Positions 20,592 to 29,158 of a DNA stretch of 64,000 nucleotides are shown piece after piece. The translations under genes were made by a program, and so were the position numbers. Each line of letters begins with the position of its first letter. Positions within the stretch are counted from its first letter, which is position 1. This DNA is from a virus. Its lineage: Duplodnaviria; Caudoviricetes. Location: positions 12,851 to 76,850 of the IMG/VR virus record IMGVR_UViG_3300014204_000014, one strand, 5' to 3'. The notes below the pieces were generated by a model. It saw only the letters and a program-made list of their open reading frames with translations. It made no database searches and was not told the DNA's origin.

Positions 20592-21545
20592 TTACCTAAC
20601 TAGCACTGCCACTTTTTCAATGGCTTCCTGTGCTTGCTTCAGAATCCTATTGCCATCAATAAAGCTGGCAAATCGCTTTTCCTGAAAAGTTTGGGTAAGG
20701 CGCAAAGGCTCAGCATGGGAAGCAAAATCCGCGAAAGCATTATATACTCCCCAAGCATCTCCAGCGAACTTTCTCAAATCCTGAGCCTCTGAATAAATGT
20801 CTTGAACCTGTTGGCGAAGGGTCAAGGCATTATTCTTTTGCCTATCGCTATCCTTTTCTTCAACAGGAAAAACAAATTCCAGAATATCATTAAATTTACT
20901 TTTATTGATTTTTGTCTGCTGATATTTTTCCGCTACTACATTCATCTCCTTCATATAATCGAAGGTTAAGCCAAGCGTCATTGCCGCATCTTTCTTTTTT
21001 CCTTCCACATCTCCCATATGGCGAATTGACCATGAGCGCTTTGCTTCTCGTAAAGCGAGGTTAAGCGTATTCTGGCACACCACGCGAGTGGGAGTAAGAG
21101 CGGCTGTTATAGCTTGGCTTCCATCGAAGCTGTTTGCGAAAACTAAATAAGGAACAACTTCCTCGCCTAAGATTTTCTCAGCAGGAAGATGCGCAAGAAT
21201 CCAAATCTTCCTACCATGATTTAATGATCCTGCTGATTCATAAGTAACTTTTGCTTTTTTACTTTTTACCAATTCATCAGTAAAAGCAAAGGCATCACGA
21301 TTCAAAACTATCTTATATTTTTCCGAAGTATCGCCAAGCACCATCCTATCGCTCGTCCTGACGTTTACTCGCATATCAGGAATTTCCGTTCCATCAGCGA
21401 GATAAACTTTTTCAGGAATTACGTCCCAGTCAAGCCCTGCTAGCTTTAGCGCCGTCAAGCTATCAGGTGCTTCCTGAACTACAGTACCAAGCCCATGCCA
21501 TGCGGGCTTCTTATACAAAAAACAAGTTTCGACATTAGCAGACAT
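20592..21545 (-). CDS. DUF932 / TIGR03299-like phage protein
   Basis: KPAWHGLGTVV, ALKLAGLDWDV, YESAGSLNHGRKIWILA, NSFDGS, TPTRVVCQNTL. Confidence 0.85.
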   Translation of the reverse strand: MSANVETCFLYKKPAWHGLGTVVQEAPDSLTALKLAGLDWDVIPEKVYLADGTEIPDMRVNVRTSDRMVLGDTSEKYKIVLNRDAFAFTDELVKSKKAKVTYESAGSLNHGRKIWILAHLPAEKILGEEVVPYLVFANSFDGSQAITAALTPTRVVCQNTLNLALREAKRSWSIRHMGDVEGKKKDAAMTLGLTFDYMKEMNVVAEKYQQTKINKSKFNDILEFVFPVEEKDSDRQKNNALTLRQQVQDIYSEAQDLRKFAGDAWGVYNAFADFASHAEPLRLTQTFQEKRFASFIDGNRILKQAQEAIEKVAVLVR

Positions 21546-21943
21546 TTGATTCTCCTCAAATAAAAATATTCAGGAAATACATCCTGAATCTACCTTCCTG
21601 AAGCAATAATGATTTTTTGTGCATTATCCTTAGTGAGAGGAATTCCAACTACGAATTTTTTATTATGGTTTTTAATATTTTCTACAATTGTTAAAGAGCT
21701 TCCAGGAACTTGCCTTAGTACATAATCATTAAAAATAATCTTGATCATTTCTTTGCCTCCTTACTCTTTTGCGAACAAATGCCCAAAGCAGGGCATCCTC
21801 GACATCCCATCAAATGCCTTCTTTCACAATCATTAACAATCTTTCTTTTCATCAAAACCTCCTTCAAAACCTGCCATCATCAGGCCGAGTAGGTAAATTC
21901 TCGGCGACCAGGGAAGCATTTAATCCTCCCTAGTTTCGGCTAT

Positions 21944-22180
21944 TTATACGAGATATTTTCGCGCTTCCCGAGTCCCGTACTGGACTCCATCAACGACTAA
22001 TTTTGCAACTCGGCGACTCCAAGTTTTGCTGTACACATTAACATAGGATATGATTTTCCATTCTGTACCCTCAATTTTTTCTTCCCATGATCCACGCTCA
22101 TCTACCCGCACATAAGGTTTTTTGTAGTTATTAGACTGATTAACAAGCTCCATCGTCCTCATCGCTACTTGCTTTGTCAT
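21944..22180 (-). CDS. Hypothetical early-region protein
   Basis: 78 aa ORF in the co-oriented early cluster. Confidence 0.5.
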   Translation of the reverse strand: MTKQVAMRTMELVNQSNNYKKPYVRVDERGSWEEKIEGTEWKIISYVNVYSKTWSRRVAKLVVDGVQYGTREARKYLV

Positions 22181-22245
22181 TGCACTTGCTCGTTACTGGC
22201 TACCAGCTCAGCCAAACCAAATAACCAAACCCATACGGGATGGCT

Positions 22246-22947
22246 TTAGTCAATAAAAGCATTCGCCTTTCTTCCTCCAACTTGCTTATTTAAGTTGAAG
22301 GAGCTTCCATCCATCTGCCCTCGAATATAACCTTGAGCGTCTTTTATATTGCTTTTGATTGAGCTATTTTTTAGATTTTTCTGATTCATGTGATTTTTTA
22401 ATTCCGAATCAATCACCATAAGAGCTGTGCAATTTACTACTTCCTCATTTTTGTGAATTTCTTTTAACCTTTTGCAAAGAGCTTCAGAAAATCCTGTTTT
22501 GTAGCTTTCCTTCATATCGTGGTCAATGTCCTTGGAAAGCCTTTCGATGCTTGCGAAAATATATTTCAGCATTTCCTTCGCAGAAATTACATTCGCTTCC
22601 CTGCCTACTATTTTTATTACTTGCTTTCCTTTCGTATCGTATTTATATGATCCGCGAGTTACCATTGTATACGAGGCGCAGTAATTCGCTTTTGTTACAT
22701 AATAGATTAAAAGTTTTTTCCATGCTCTCATCCTTCCTGCTTCGCAAAATTCCAATTCGTTTATTTCTGTTTTTGATTCTTCCTTCAAATCGCTGACTGT
22801 TAAATTGTACTGAAGCAAAAGCGCATGAGCTTTTTCCATTGCACTCATCGCCTCTGCCTCGTTGGGGCTTTCCGCTAAGGCGAAAAGTTTTCTGATCCTG
22901 TCGATGATCTTGTCACTAGCTTCCATCATAAACTCCTTTTCAAACAA
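22246..22947 (-). CDS. DUF2786-domain protein
   Basis: KIIDRIRKLFALAESPNEAEAMSAMEKAHALLLQYNL; C-terminal GQMDG. Confidence 0.85.
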   Translation of the reverse strand: MFEKEFMMEASDKIIDRIRKLFALAESPNEAEAMSAMEKAHALLLQYNLTVSDLKEESKTEINELEFCEAGRMRAWKKLLIYYVTKANYCASYTMVTRGSYKYDTKGKQVIKIVGREANVISAKEMLKYIFASIERLSKDIDHDMKESYKTGFSEALCKRLKEIHKNEEVVNCTALMVIDSELKNHMNQKNLKNSSIKSNIKDAQGYIRGQMDGSSFNLNKQVGGRKANAFID

Positions 22948-22950
22948 AAT

Positions 22951-23370
22951 TTAGTTGAGGAAAAAGCCTTTTATGTCTACCCAAGAGCCGTGGGCCAAGG
23001 GCTTTTCAAATTTATTTTCTGGCCCACATACCTGAGCTTCATTATTATATACAGTATGTCCGCTTTTCGGAGTAACCCAAAAAAGCACATTGCCAGTATG
23101 AATATCACAAATTGAAAAAGAATCGTAAAGTCTACCGACACCAGGACAATTATTTTTGAAGAAAATATAAACTTTGCTAGGATCGAATTTCTTACTTTTC
23201 ATAATGCTGATTACTTTAGCATACAGAGCCTTTGTTTTTCCAGCGAGAGCTGAATCTTTGCAGAACCAATCATACCAGCCAGCACTTATTTGCGTATCAG
23301 TATCAACTTCATCGTACTTGCCAGCCATAAAAGCTCCGATCTGCTCCAGTAAAGTTTTCTGCTCTTTCAT
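22951..23370 (-). CDS. Hypothetical early-region protein
   Basis: AAGGAG RBS before ATG at 23370; AGWYDWFCKD, YIFFKNNCP, LYDSFSIC motifs. Confidence 0.65.
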   Translation of the reverse strand: MKEQKTLLEQIGAFMAGKYDEVDTDTQISAGWYDWFCKDSALAGKTKALYAKVISIMKSKKFDPSKVYIFFKNNCPGVGRLYDSFSICDIHTGNVLFWVTPKSGHTVYNNEAQVCGPENKFEKPLAHGSWVDIKGFFLN

Positions 23371-23519
23371 CGTGGTCTCCTTCAAAACTAAAATCACTTT
23401 TCCTCCGAAGGGAAAAGATATGGCACGAATTGGACTTGGACCAATTGCTGGGCTATCATCCAGCGCCACCTGACCGTGCCGTGGAAAACCATTTTTAAAT
23501 TATTTTGAATTATACGCTT

Positions 23520-23975
23520 TTACAAAAGACTGTATTCCTTTTCCGTTACGATCCTGTACAGGCCGTCGACCATTGAAAAGTTGCAGAACGCTCCGAGCTT
23601 AGAAGCCTTCTTCCTGAGCTGGGTCATTTCCATCCTGCCTACGTGACTGGCTTTCCAAATCAGGTCTTCGTGCTTTGTACCTTCAGGGCCGATGATATCG
23701 AGGAGCTTCTTAGCGGCATTTTCCTTGGCCTTCTTTGCCTTCATGCAATTGGGGAAAACCATCTTGGTTGCGATGATGATGTCCGCGTCGCCAGAAGCGA
23801 GGCAGAACTGAATAACCTTTTCCCTTGCTTCCTGCTTTGCCTTTTTGCTTTCGACTTTTTCCTCAGGCGTGAGCGGAATTCTTTTCTTTCCCTTCTCCTT
23901 GACTTCCTTTTCCGCTTTCTTCTCTACCTTCACACCATTGTCCACGATCTTGCCATTCACATAAGCCTTGGCCAT
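23520..23975 (-). CDS. Lysine-rich hypothetical protein, first gene of the leftward early cluster
   Basis: GGAGG RBS at 23982-23986 before ATG 23975; higher GC than genome average. Confidence 0.7.
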   Translation of the reverse strand: MAKAYVNGKIVDNGVKVEKKAEKEVKEKGKKRIPLTPEEKVESKKAKQEAREKVIQFCLASGDADIIIATKMVFPNCMKAKKAKENAAKKLLDIIGPEGTKHEDLIWKASHVGRMEMTQLRKKASKLGAFCNFSMVDGLYRIVTEKEYSLL

Positions 23976-23995
23976 TTGAGCCCTCCACAAATAAC

Positions 23996-24056
23996 TTTCC
24001 GATTTCGTAGCAATTTTCAGCTACTCATCAGCTTCCATAAAAGGAAGGATCGGAAA
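23996..24056 (-). ncRNA. Type III hammerhead ribozyme
   Basis: Minus strand TTTCCGA-TC-CTTCC-TTTTAT-GGAAG-CTGATGA-GTAGC-TGAAAATT-GCTAC-GAAA-TCGGAAA: intact core and three perfectly paired stems; predicted cut after AUC, between 24048 and 24047. Confidence 0.93.
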
Positions 24057-24277
24057 CTTTTTTAAATTGTTTTTGGGTGGGCAAAGTCTTTATATAAACT
24101 AATGAAGCTACTCAAGCACTTCCGTGACTTGAGGACCTTGCAGAAACTGAACGCCCCTGCAACGATCGCGGGCTAGCTCCCGCCTGCAACCGATATTTTT
24201 AATTTCTTTATACTTTATTATAAGGTATTGCAAGGAAAAATAAAGCCCTATATAAATGATAATTCACATACTTCATA

Positions 24278-24343
24278 TAAATCTATATAATACAAGTAAT
24301 TAACTAAGTATAGTAAATCTATATCTTATAAGTAATTAACTAA
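24278..24343. repeat. Two imperfect 30-bp direct repeats (36-bp period) in a very AT-rich tract
   Basis: TAAATCTATAT-N5-AAGTAATTAACTAA at 24278-24307 and 24314-24343. Confidence 0.8.
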
Positions 24344-24399
24344 ATATGCAATAATTCGTCAATAAATCGTTCATTTACGATATAAATTTACGCAATAAA

Positions 24400-25629
24400 T
24401 TATGATTTGTTAAGAAAAGCCTTTATATCGTGCTCCTTCTTAGCGTTCAATAGATAGGCGCTCCACGTTGGGCAATTCGTTCCTAGGTGGGATAAATACA
24501 CATGATCAATAAAAGATTTCAAAAAGCTTACATATTCATATAGCCATTTTTCAATTCCGCAGTCAAGCCAATAAGTACAATTAGAATCTTCATTCATCAA
24601 ATCATTAGCATATTTTTTGTACCAACTAACTAATGATTTTATTCTACTCCAAAAAGCAAAGCCGTCAGTACGCTCATCAATAAATTCCTTAAAAATAATT
24701 CTTACTTCTTTAGGAATTGAAAGAAAAATTTTTTCTGCTGATACTTCGCGCATAGGGAAAGCAGGACCATCTAGACAAGCTAAAAATAATGAGCCATTTG
24801 AATTATAATTAAATAGCCATGAGTCTATATTTTTAGGGAGCCAATTTTTATCAGATGGATTATTACTAGGATCAAACCATGTGATATAATTCTTAGCTGC
24901 TTTTATAATAACTTCTTCAATGCTGTTCCAGCTTCCTTGGCAATTCAAGATTATTTCTTTTGCACTATTTATACTATGGTCTTTATTCTTAGCAATAAAT
25001 TCATCTGCTTGCCTAAATGTTTTTAGGAATGATCCTTTATATATTGCTGTTAGCTTAAAACAGAATTCTTTCATGCCTTTTGTATAGCTTCCATCTTTGT
25101 TTAATCTATTTCTAAATAGCTTTGAACCATCTGGTAATTTTATTTGCAAAAGTTTATCCATTATTTGCGTAGCATTTTTGTTACAATTGTTTTTTATGGC
25201 AGTGGGTTTTTTTGATTCAATCGGCTTATTGGTAATTAGACTATTCATATCTATACCTCCTGAATCTCGTAGCCATTCTATTATATTCTCCCTAATAGCA
25301 AATCCTACCATTTTGCCATCAATAGTAGGCACAACTATTTTTATTAATGGAAATTTCTCTATAGGTAAAGTTTTGCTAGTTTTCCCTGATAAATCTTCAA
25401 ATATTTTACTGATGGTTTGATTAGAACGAAATGGTAAAGTAGGAAAATCCTCAAATACTTTGTGATATTCGACCCAATAGTAATGCTCTTTATCATTTTT
25501 TGTCTTTATTATTGTTTGATTTCCTGAATGGGCAAAATAGACTAGCCATTCAAGAATTTTAGAATGTATTATATTTAATCCTAAATAGACTAATTTTTCT
25601 TGATTGAATCCATCTATGGCTACTTTCAT
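24400..25629 (-). CDS. Putative replication initiator / winged-helix DNA-binding protein
   Basis: N-terminus (IDGFNQEKLVYLGLNIIHSKILEWLVYF ... YYWVEYHKVFEDFP) resembles phage initiator N-terminal domains as recalled; flanked by repeats on both sides. Confidence 0.5.
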   Translation of the reverse strand: MKVAIDGFNQEKLVYLGLNIIHSKILEWLVYFAHSGNQTIIKTKNDKEHYYWVEYHKVFEDFPTLPFRSNQTISKIFEDLSGKTSKTLPIEKFPLIKIVVPTIDGKMVGFAIRENIIEWLRDSGGIDMNSLITNKPIESKKPTAIKNNCNKNATQIMDKLLQIKLPDGSKLFRNRLNKDGSYTKGMKEFCFKLTAIYKGSFLKTFRQADEFIAKNKDHSINSAKEIILNCQGSWNSIEEVIIKAAKNYITWFDPSNNPSDKNWLPKNIDSWLFNYNSNGSLFLACLDGPAFPMREVSAEKIFLSIPKEVRIIFKEFIDERTDGFAFWSRIKSLVSWYKKYANDLMNEDSNCTYWLDCGIEKWLYEYVSFLKSFIDHVYLSHLGTNCPTWSAYLLNAKKEHDIKAFLNKS

Positions 25630-25715
25630 ACTAACTCCTTTTTATAGCAAATACTTTTCAAAACCGAAGGTTTATAATATCTTTAGATATTTATTAAATA
25701 AGAATAGTATATATA

Positions 25716-25761
25716 GCAACTATAAAAAGTAGCGTTGCGCAACTATAAAAAGTAGCGTTGC
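25716..25761. repeat. Perfect 2 x 23-bp tandem repeat, each unit with GCAAC/GTTGC inverted ends
   Basis: GCAACTATAAAAAGTAGCGTTGC at 25716-25738 and 25739-25761. Confidence 0.9.
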
Positions 25762-25821
25762 TTATAAACATTGGGTGATATTCACTTTGCTTCATATTTG
25801 CCCTTATAATGATTGGATAAA

Positions 25822-25908
25822 ATAAAAAGCTCCTGATCGCGCCGTCACTCGCTTTCAGGAGCCAGGATTCTAAAAATCCTTTCTGATTATGACGGGCATC
25901 AGAAAGGA
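25822..25908 (-). terminator. Terminator hairpin with upstream hairpin and complementary loops (possible attenuator)
   Basis: GCTCCTGA/TCAGGAGC stem followed by a T tract on the minus strand; second stem TCCTTTCTGAT/ATCAGAAAGGA; loops carry CCGTCA and TGACGG. Confidence 0.7.
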
Positions 25909-25961
25909 CTCTCTATACTTATGATTATATAGTATTTGTAAGAAAAAATAAAGTCTACTAA

Positions 25962-26483
25962 TTACTTTTCTTTTAGTAGCTTTGTTTCATTTGTAGGAGA
26001 ATTAATTTTTGAGAAATCTGAAATACGTGGCAATTTTATATTGTATTTCATTTTATCATTTCCATCTTCTAGCATTTTATTATAAGTTTCTTTCCTAGTT
26101 TCTAATTCTTTCAACTCCCTTGATAGAATTTCTGTATATTGCTTTTTATTCAAAAACATCCATAATCCTCTTAGTGAATCCTTTGGTCGGTGATAAGCAA
26201 AAGGATGATAATTTTCCGTACTGATTTCTTTTATATCTTTCATGTGCATACGAATATAAAAAATTGATAAATCCCATTTCGATCCTGAAGCTCTTAGATT
26301 TTCTTTAAAGCCTTCTTTCTTATAATATTCAATAATTACTTTACATAATCTATGAATATTAGGGAGTGGCAAATCTTTTTTCTTTTCCATGAGATACAAA
26401 ATATCTACTATCATTTGACAGCGGGCATGTCGTAAAGGACTTTCTGAGTCTTTTTGATGTGGCATAAATGAAAACCTACTCAT
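25962..26483 (-). CDS. Hypothetical protein, overlapping partner of the ParB-like gene
   Basis: 173 aa, start overlaps the ParB-like stop. Confidence 0.65.
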   Translation of the reverse strand: MSRFSFMPHQKDSESPLRHARCQMIVDILYLMEKKKDLPLPNIHRLCKVIIEYYKKEGFKENLRASGSKWDLSIFYIRMHMKDIKEISTENYHPFAYHRPKDSLRGLWMFLNKKQYTEILSRELKELETRKETYNKMLEDGNDKMKYNIKLPRISDFSKINSPTNETKLLKEK

Positions 26484-27324
26484 TTTTCCCTACCTCCATT
26501 TCTTTCATTAGACTTTTTATTTGTTCGTGTATTCTATGGATAAATTGAATTGCCTCGGGTGAAAACATACCTTCTTTTGCTAGTATAGTTGCAGTAGAAA
26601 GAATATTTTTGAATTCCTTTACATCATGAATATATTCAGAAACAGCTTTTGGGTATTCATTAGGAAGCTTCTTATTTCTTTTGGTCTCTTTTTCTTTTTC
26701 TCCTTTTGCAAATCGCTTATCATGTAATTCTTTATCCGCCGCTCCCAGTGTTTTCTTTCCTTTATGGATATCATCAATAATACCTTTATCTAGTTCTCCA
26801 TCATCTACAGCTTTCTTTATCCGTTTAGCTTTTTGTACTGATGATCCAGATACTCCGAACTGCTTGCCGGCTTCATTTGCTGAATCAAATTTGTCTTCCG
26901 TGCGAACTTTTTTAAAAGGTTTCACGGATTTTACAAATTTTCCATTTGCAGTCTTTTGGTCTTTTACTTGTTTAGATTTTATTTTGTTATAATGTTCCCT
27001 TGCTTGCTTTTCAAACTCTGGAAGCATTTCAGTTGCAAGCAAGGCTCGCTGGCTTTCCGTTAGATGCCTGCGATTTATATTTTCTGCAATAACAAAATCT
27101 AGCGGATCACTTCCAGAATATTCTTCAGTAATGGGTTCGATGCCTAATTCTTGACAAGCTCGATAGCGGTTTTTCCCATCTAGAATTTTTCCTTCAAATA
27201 AAATAATGGGATTTATCTGCCCATTTTTTCTAATGCTCTCTACAAGATCATTAAATTCTGTTCCTTGTATTGCGGGAAAATAGTTAGCCAATCGGTGTCC
27301 CTCCAATTCAATAATATTTTTCAT
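26476..27324 (-). CDS. ParB/Spo0J N-terminal-like domain protein with HTH
   Basis: LVESIRKNGQINPIILFEGKILDGKNRYRAC, AENINRRHLTESQRA, HTH AGKQFGVSGSSVQKAKRI. Confidence 0.85.
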   Translation of the reverse strand: MKNIIELEGHRLANYFPAIQGTEFNDLVESIRKNGQINPIILFEGKILDGKNRYRACQELGIEPITEEYSGSDPLDFVIAENINRRHLTESQRALLATEMLPEFEKQAREHYNKIKSKQVKDQKTANGKFVKSVKPFKKVRTEDKFDSANEAGKQFGVSGSSVQKAKRIKKAVDDGELDKGIIDDIHKGKKTLGAADKELHDKRFAKGEKEKETKRNKKLPNEYPKAVSEYIHDVKEFKNILSTATILAKEGMFSPEAIQFIHRIHEQIKSLMKEMEVGKNE

Positions 27325-27352
27325 TCTAACTCCTTTGTTTGTTGCATCTATA

Positions 27353-27419
27353 TATATTATATACTTTCTACCAATTTATTTTTCATAATAAAAATTCGTC
27401 TCTCTAAGTATATAATATA
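27353..27419. promoter_or_regulatory. Back-to-back divergent promoters at the strand switch of the genome
   Basis: AGTATATAATATA on minus (27353-27365) and plus (27407-27419), each upstream of an RBS and ATG. Confidence 0.75.
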
Positions 27420-27434
27420 GATAAGAGGTACAAA

Positions 27435-27599
27435 ATGGATGAGAAACAAGTAAATGATGTAGCTAACAAGATTATGAAAGTAGGGAAAATCCTGACATTA
27501 TTGATTACTATTCCCTTTATTGGCTTTATTATCTTCGGCACTGCAGGGCTAATTATCGGAATTATCTTAGGTGTTGCTCTCTCCTTGGGTACAAAATGA
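27435..27599 (+). CDS. Small membrane protein (54 aa)
   Basis: Below ORF track cut-off; MDEKQVNDVANKIMKVGKILTLLITIPFIGFIIFGTAGLIIGIILGVALSLGTK; GAGG RBS; long hydrophobic stretch with GxxxG spacing. Confidence 0.65.
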   Translation: MDEKQVNDVANKIMKVGKILTLLITIPFIGFIIFGTAGLIIGIILGVALSLGTK

Positions 27600-27783
27600 C
27601 TGAAGGCACAATGCTAAAGTTAAACAATACCGATGCTAAGGCAAGAGTGATAAAAATCCTTTCAAATCAGGCTTTTATTATTGAGTGTGATGATAGAAGA
27701 TTATCATTTACTCGTTTAGTTGATCCTAATAATATCTCAGATGGATTGGCTTTTTCTTCATGGGCAAATATTTTAAGGAGAAA

Positions 27784-27815
27784 TTGAAAAAACCATTTGC
27801 TCAGTATATAATATA
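27784..27815 (+). promoter_or_regulatory. Sigma70-like promoter
   Basis: TTGAAA-17 nt-TATAAT, embedded in the AGTATATAATATA motif. Confidence 0.75.
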
Positions 27816-27819
27816 TATG

Positions 27820-28015
27820 GAGGCTTTGGAAATGGTGGCAAGTAATGAGAATGACGATTCTCGTGAGGGCCGAAATTCCTAGCAGGACTAAATACCTGCT
27901 CATTGCCTTTTAAAACGTTGTGGCTAGGTCGTATGACTAATGCCGAAATCGGAACGCTTTGCGTAGGCCGAAAATAGCAAGCCGGAGACAAACGTAACCG
28001 GCACTTTATTTTTTA
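27820..28015 (+). ncRNA. Putative stand-alone structured RNA, class unknown
   Basis: Promoter upstream, GCCGG/CCGGC hairpin plus T-rich tract downstream, several hairpins, GC-richer than flanks, no credible plus-strand ORF. Confidence 0.5.
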
Positions 28016-28072
28016 TGAAAAGTATTATATAATTATATAGTACCGTACTGAAAACAGTAGGAGAAAAAGTAT

Positions 28073-29158
28073 TTGATTAAATCAATCCAATTACAGAATT
28101 ATCAATCCCATAAAAAAACTATTATAGAATTCTCTCCAGGAATAAACTGTATTATTGGCCCATCTGATCAAGGAAAAACAGCAATACTTCGCGCGCTATA
28201 TTGGACTGTATATAATCGCCCTTCAGGATTAGCATATATTTCACATTGGAATAGGGACAAAGATGGCAAGCCAATAAAATCTACTTATGTAAAAGTTGAA
28301 AATGATTCTAATATAATTGAACGTAGGCGAGGCAAGGTAAAAAGATCAGATGATTATGAAGAATTTAATGGCTATGTAATAAATGATTCTGAGTATCTTG
28401 AAGCGATAGGCCAAGACGTTCCTGATGAAGTAAATAAGTTATTCAATTTAGACTCGGTAAATATCCAAAAACAAATGGATGCCCCTTTCCTATTATCGGA
28501 AAGTGCTGGAGAAGTAGCTAGATTTTTTAATCAAATTATTAGATTGGATTTGATTGATAAAGTATTGTCAAAAGCAGAATCAAAAAAGCGCGAAATGAAT
28601 AAGGACAAAATAAGATTAGAAAATGAATCTGAAAATATTGCTAAGGAAATATTAGAATATGACTGGATAGATGAAGCGGAAAGTTTAGCAAATAAAATAA
28701 GTAAGGCTGAAGATAGAGTAAATGAAAATAATGGGATTAGGGATAATTTGATCCTTACAGTTACTAAAAATAAAGTTCTAATTGACGAAATTTCTTTACA
28801 GGAGGAAATTCTATCCGCCGCTCCTTTGGTTAATAAGATAAAAATAGTACAGGAATCGCTTGAACAGAATAGTTCAAAATATAAGCGATTACAAAATCTG
28901 TCTAGCCAGTGGCAAGAACAAAATGATATTATTAAGGGAGTGGCGGATTTTTCTTCTATTGATTTGCTAATTGAAAAAATAGATTCTTTTAGGCGAAGTA
29001 TTTTCGATAAGGTAAAAGTAAAAGAAAATTTGGAAAATCTTACAGAAGAGTATAAAATAAAGTATGCTGGAGTTGAAGTGGAAATTGAAAAAATAAGTTT
29101 GATGGAAAAAGAATTACCTCAAATATGTCCGTACTGTGGTAATAAAATAAAGGAGTGA
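28073..29158 (+). CDS. SbcC/Rad50/gp46-like ATPase, N-terminal half
   Basis: IQLQNYQSH, Walker A GPSDQGKT, Q-loop NIQKQMD, coiled coil, ends at CPYCG zinc hook; no Walker B. Confidence 0.88.
   Translation: MIKSIQLQNYQSHKKTIIEFSPGINCIIGPSDQGKTAILRALYWTVYNRPSGLAYISHWNRDKDGKPIKSTYVKVENDSNIIERRRGKVKRSDDYEEFNGYVINDSEYLEAIGQDVPDEVNKLFNLDSVNIQKQMDAPFLLSESAGEVARFFNQIIRLDLIDKVLSKAESKKREMNKDKIRLENESENIAKEILEYDWIDEAESLANKISKAEDRVNENNGIRDNLILTVTKNKVLIDEISLQEEILSAAPLVNKIKIVQESLEQNSSKYKRLQNLSSQWQEQNDIIKGVADFSSIDLLIEKIDSFRRSIFDKVKVKENLENLTEEYKIKYAGVEVEIEKISLMEKELPQICPYCGNKIKE

Noticed and set aside
23174-24065. Plus-strand ORFs of 99 and 140 aa opposite early genes
   Set aside because: Antisense shadows of K-rich, GC-richer genes, with no RBS or recognisable motifs.
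24095-24170. Twister-like TAATGAAGC on the plus strand
   Set aside because: No matching P2 3' strand or P4 loop consensus downstream, and transcription here appears to be minus-strand.
27845-27990. Possible hammerhead in the orphan RNA (GTGAG...GGCCGAAA and CTAATG...GGCCGAAA)
   Set aside because: Core CUGAUGA is not intact and no proper stem II/III closes around GAAA.
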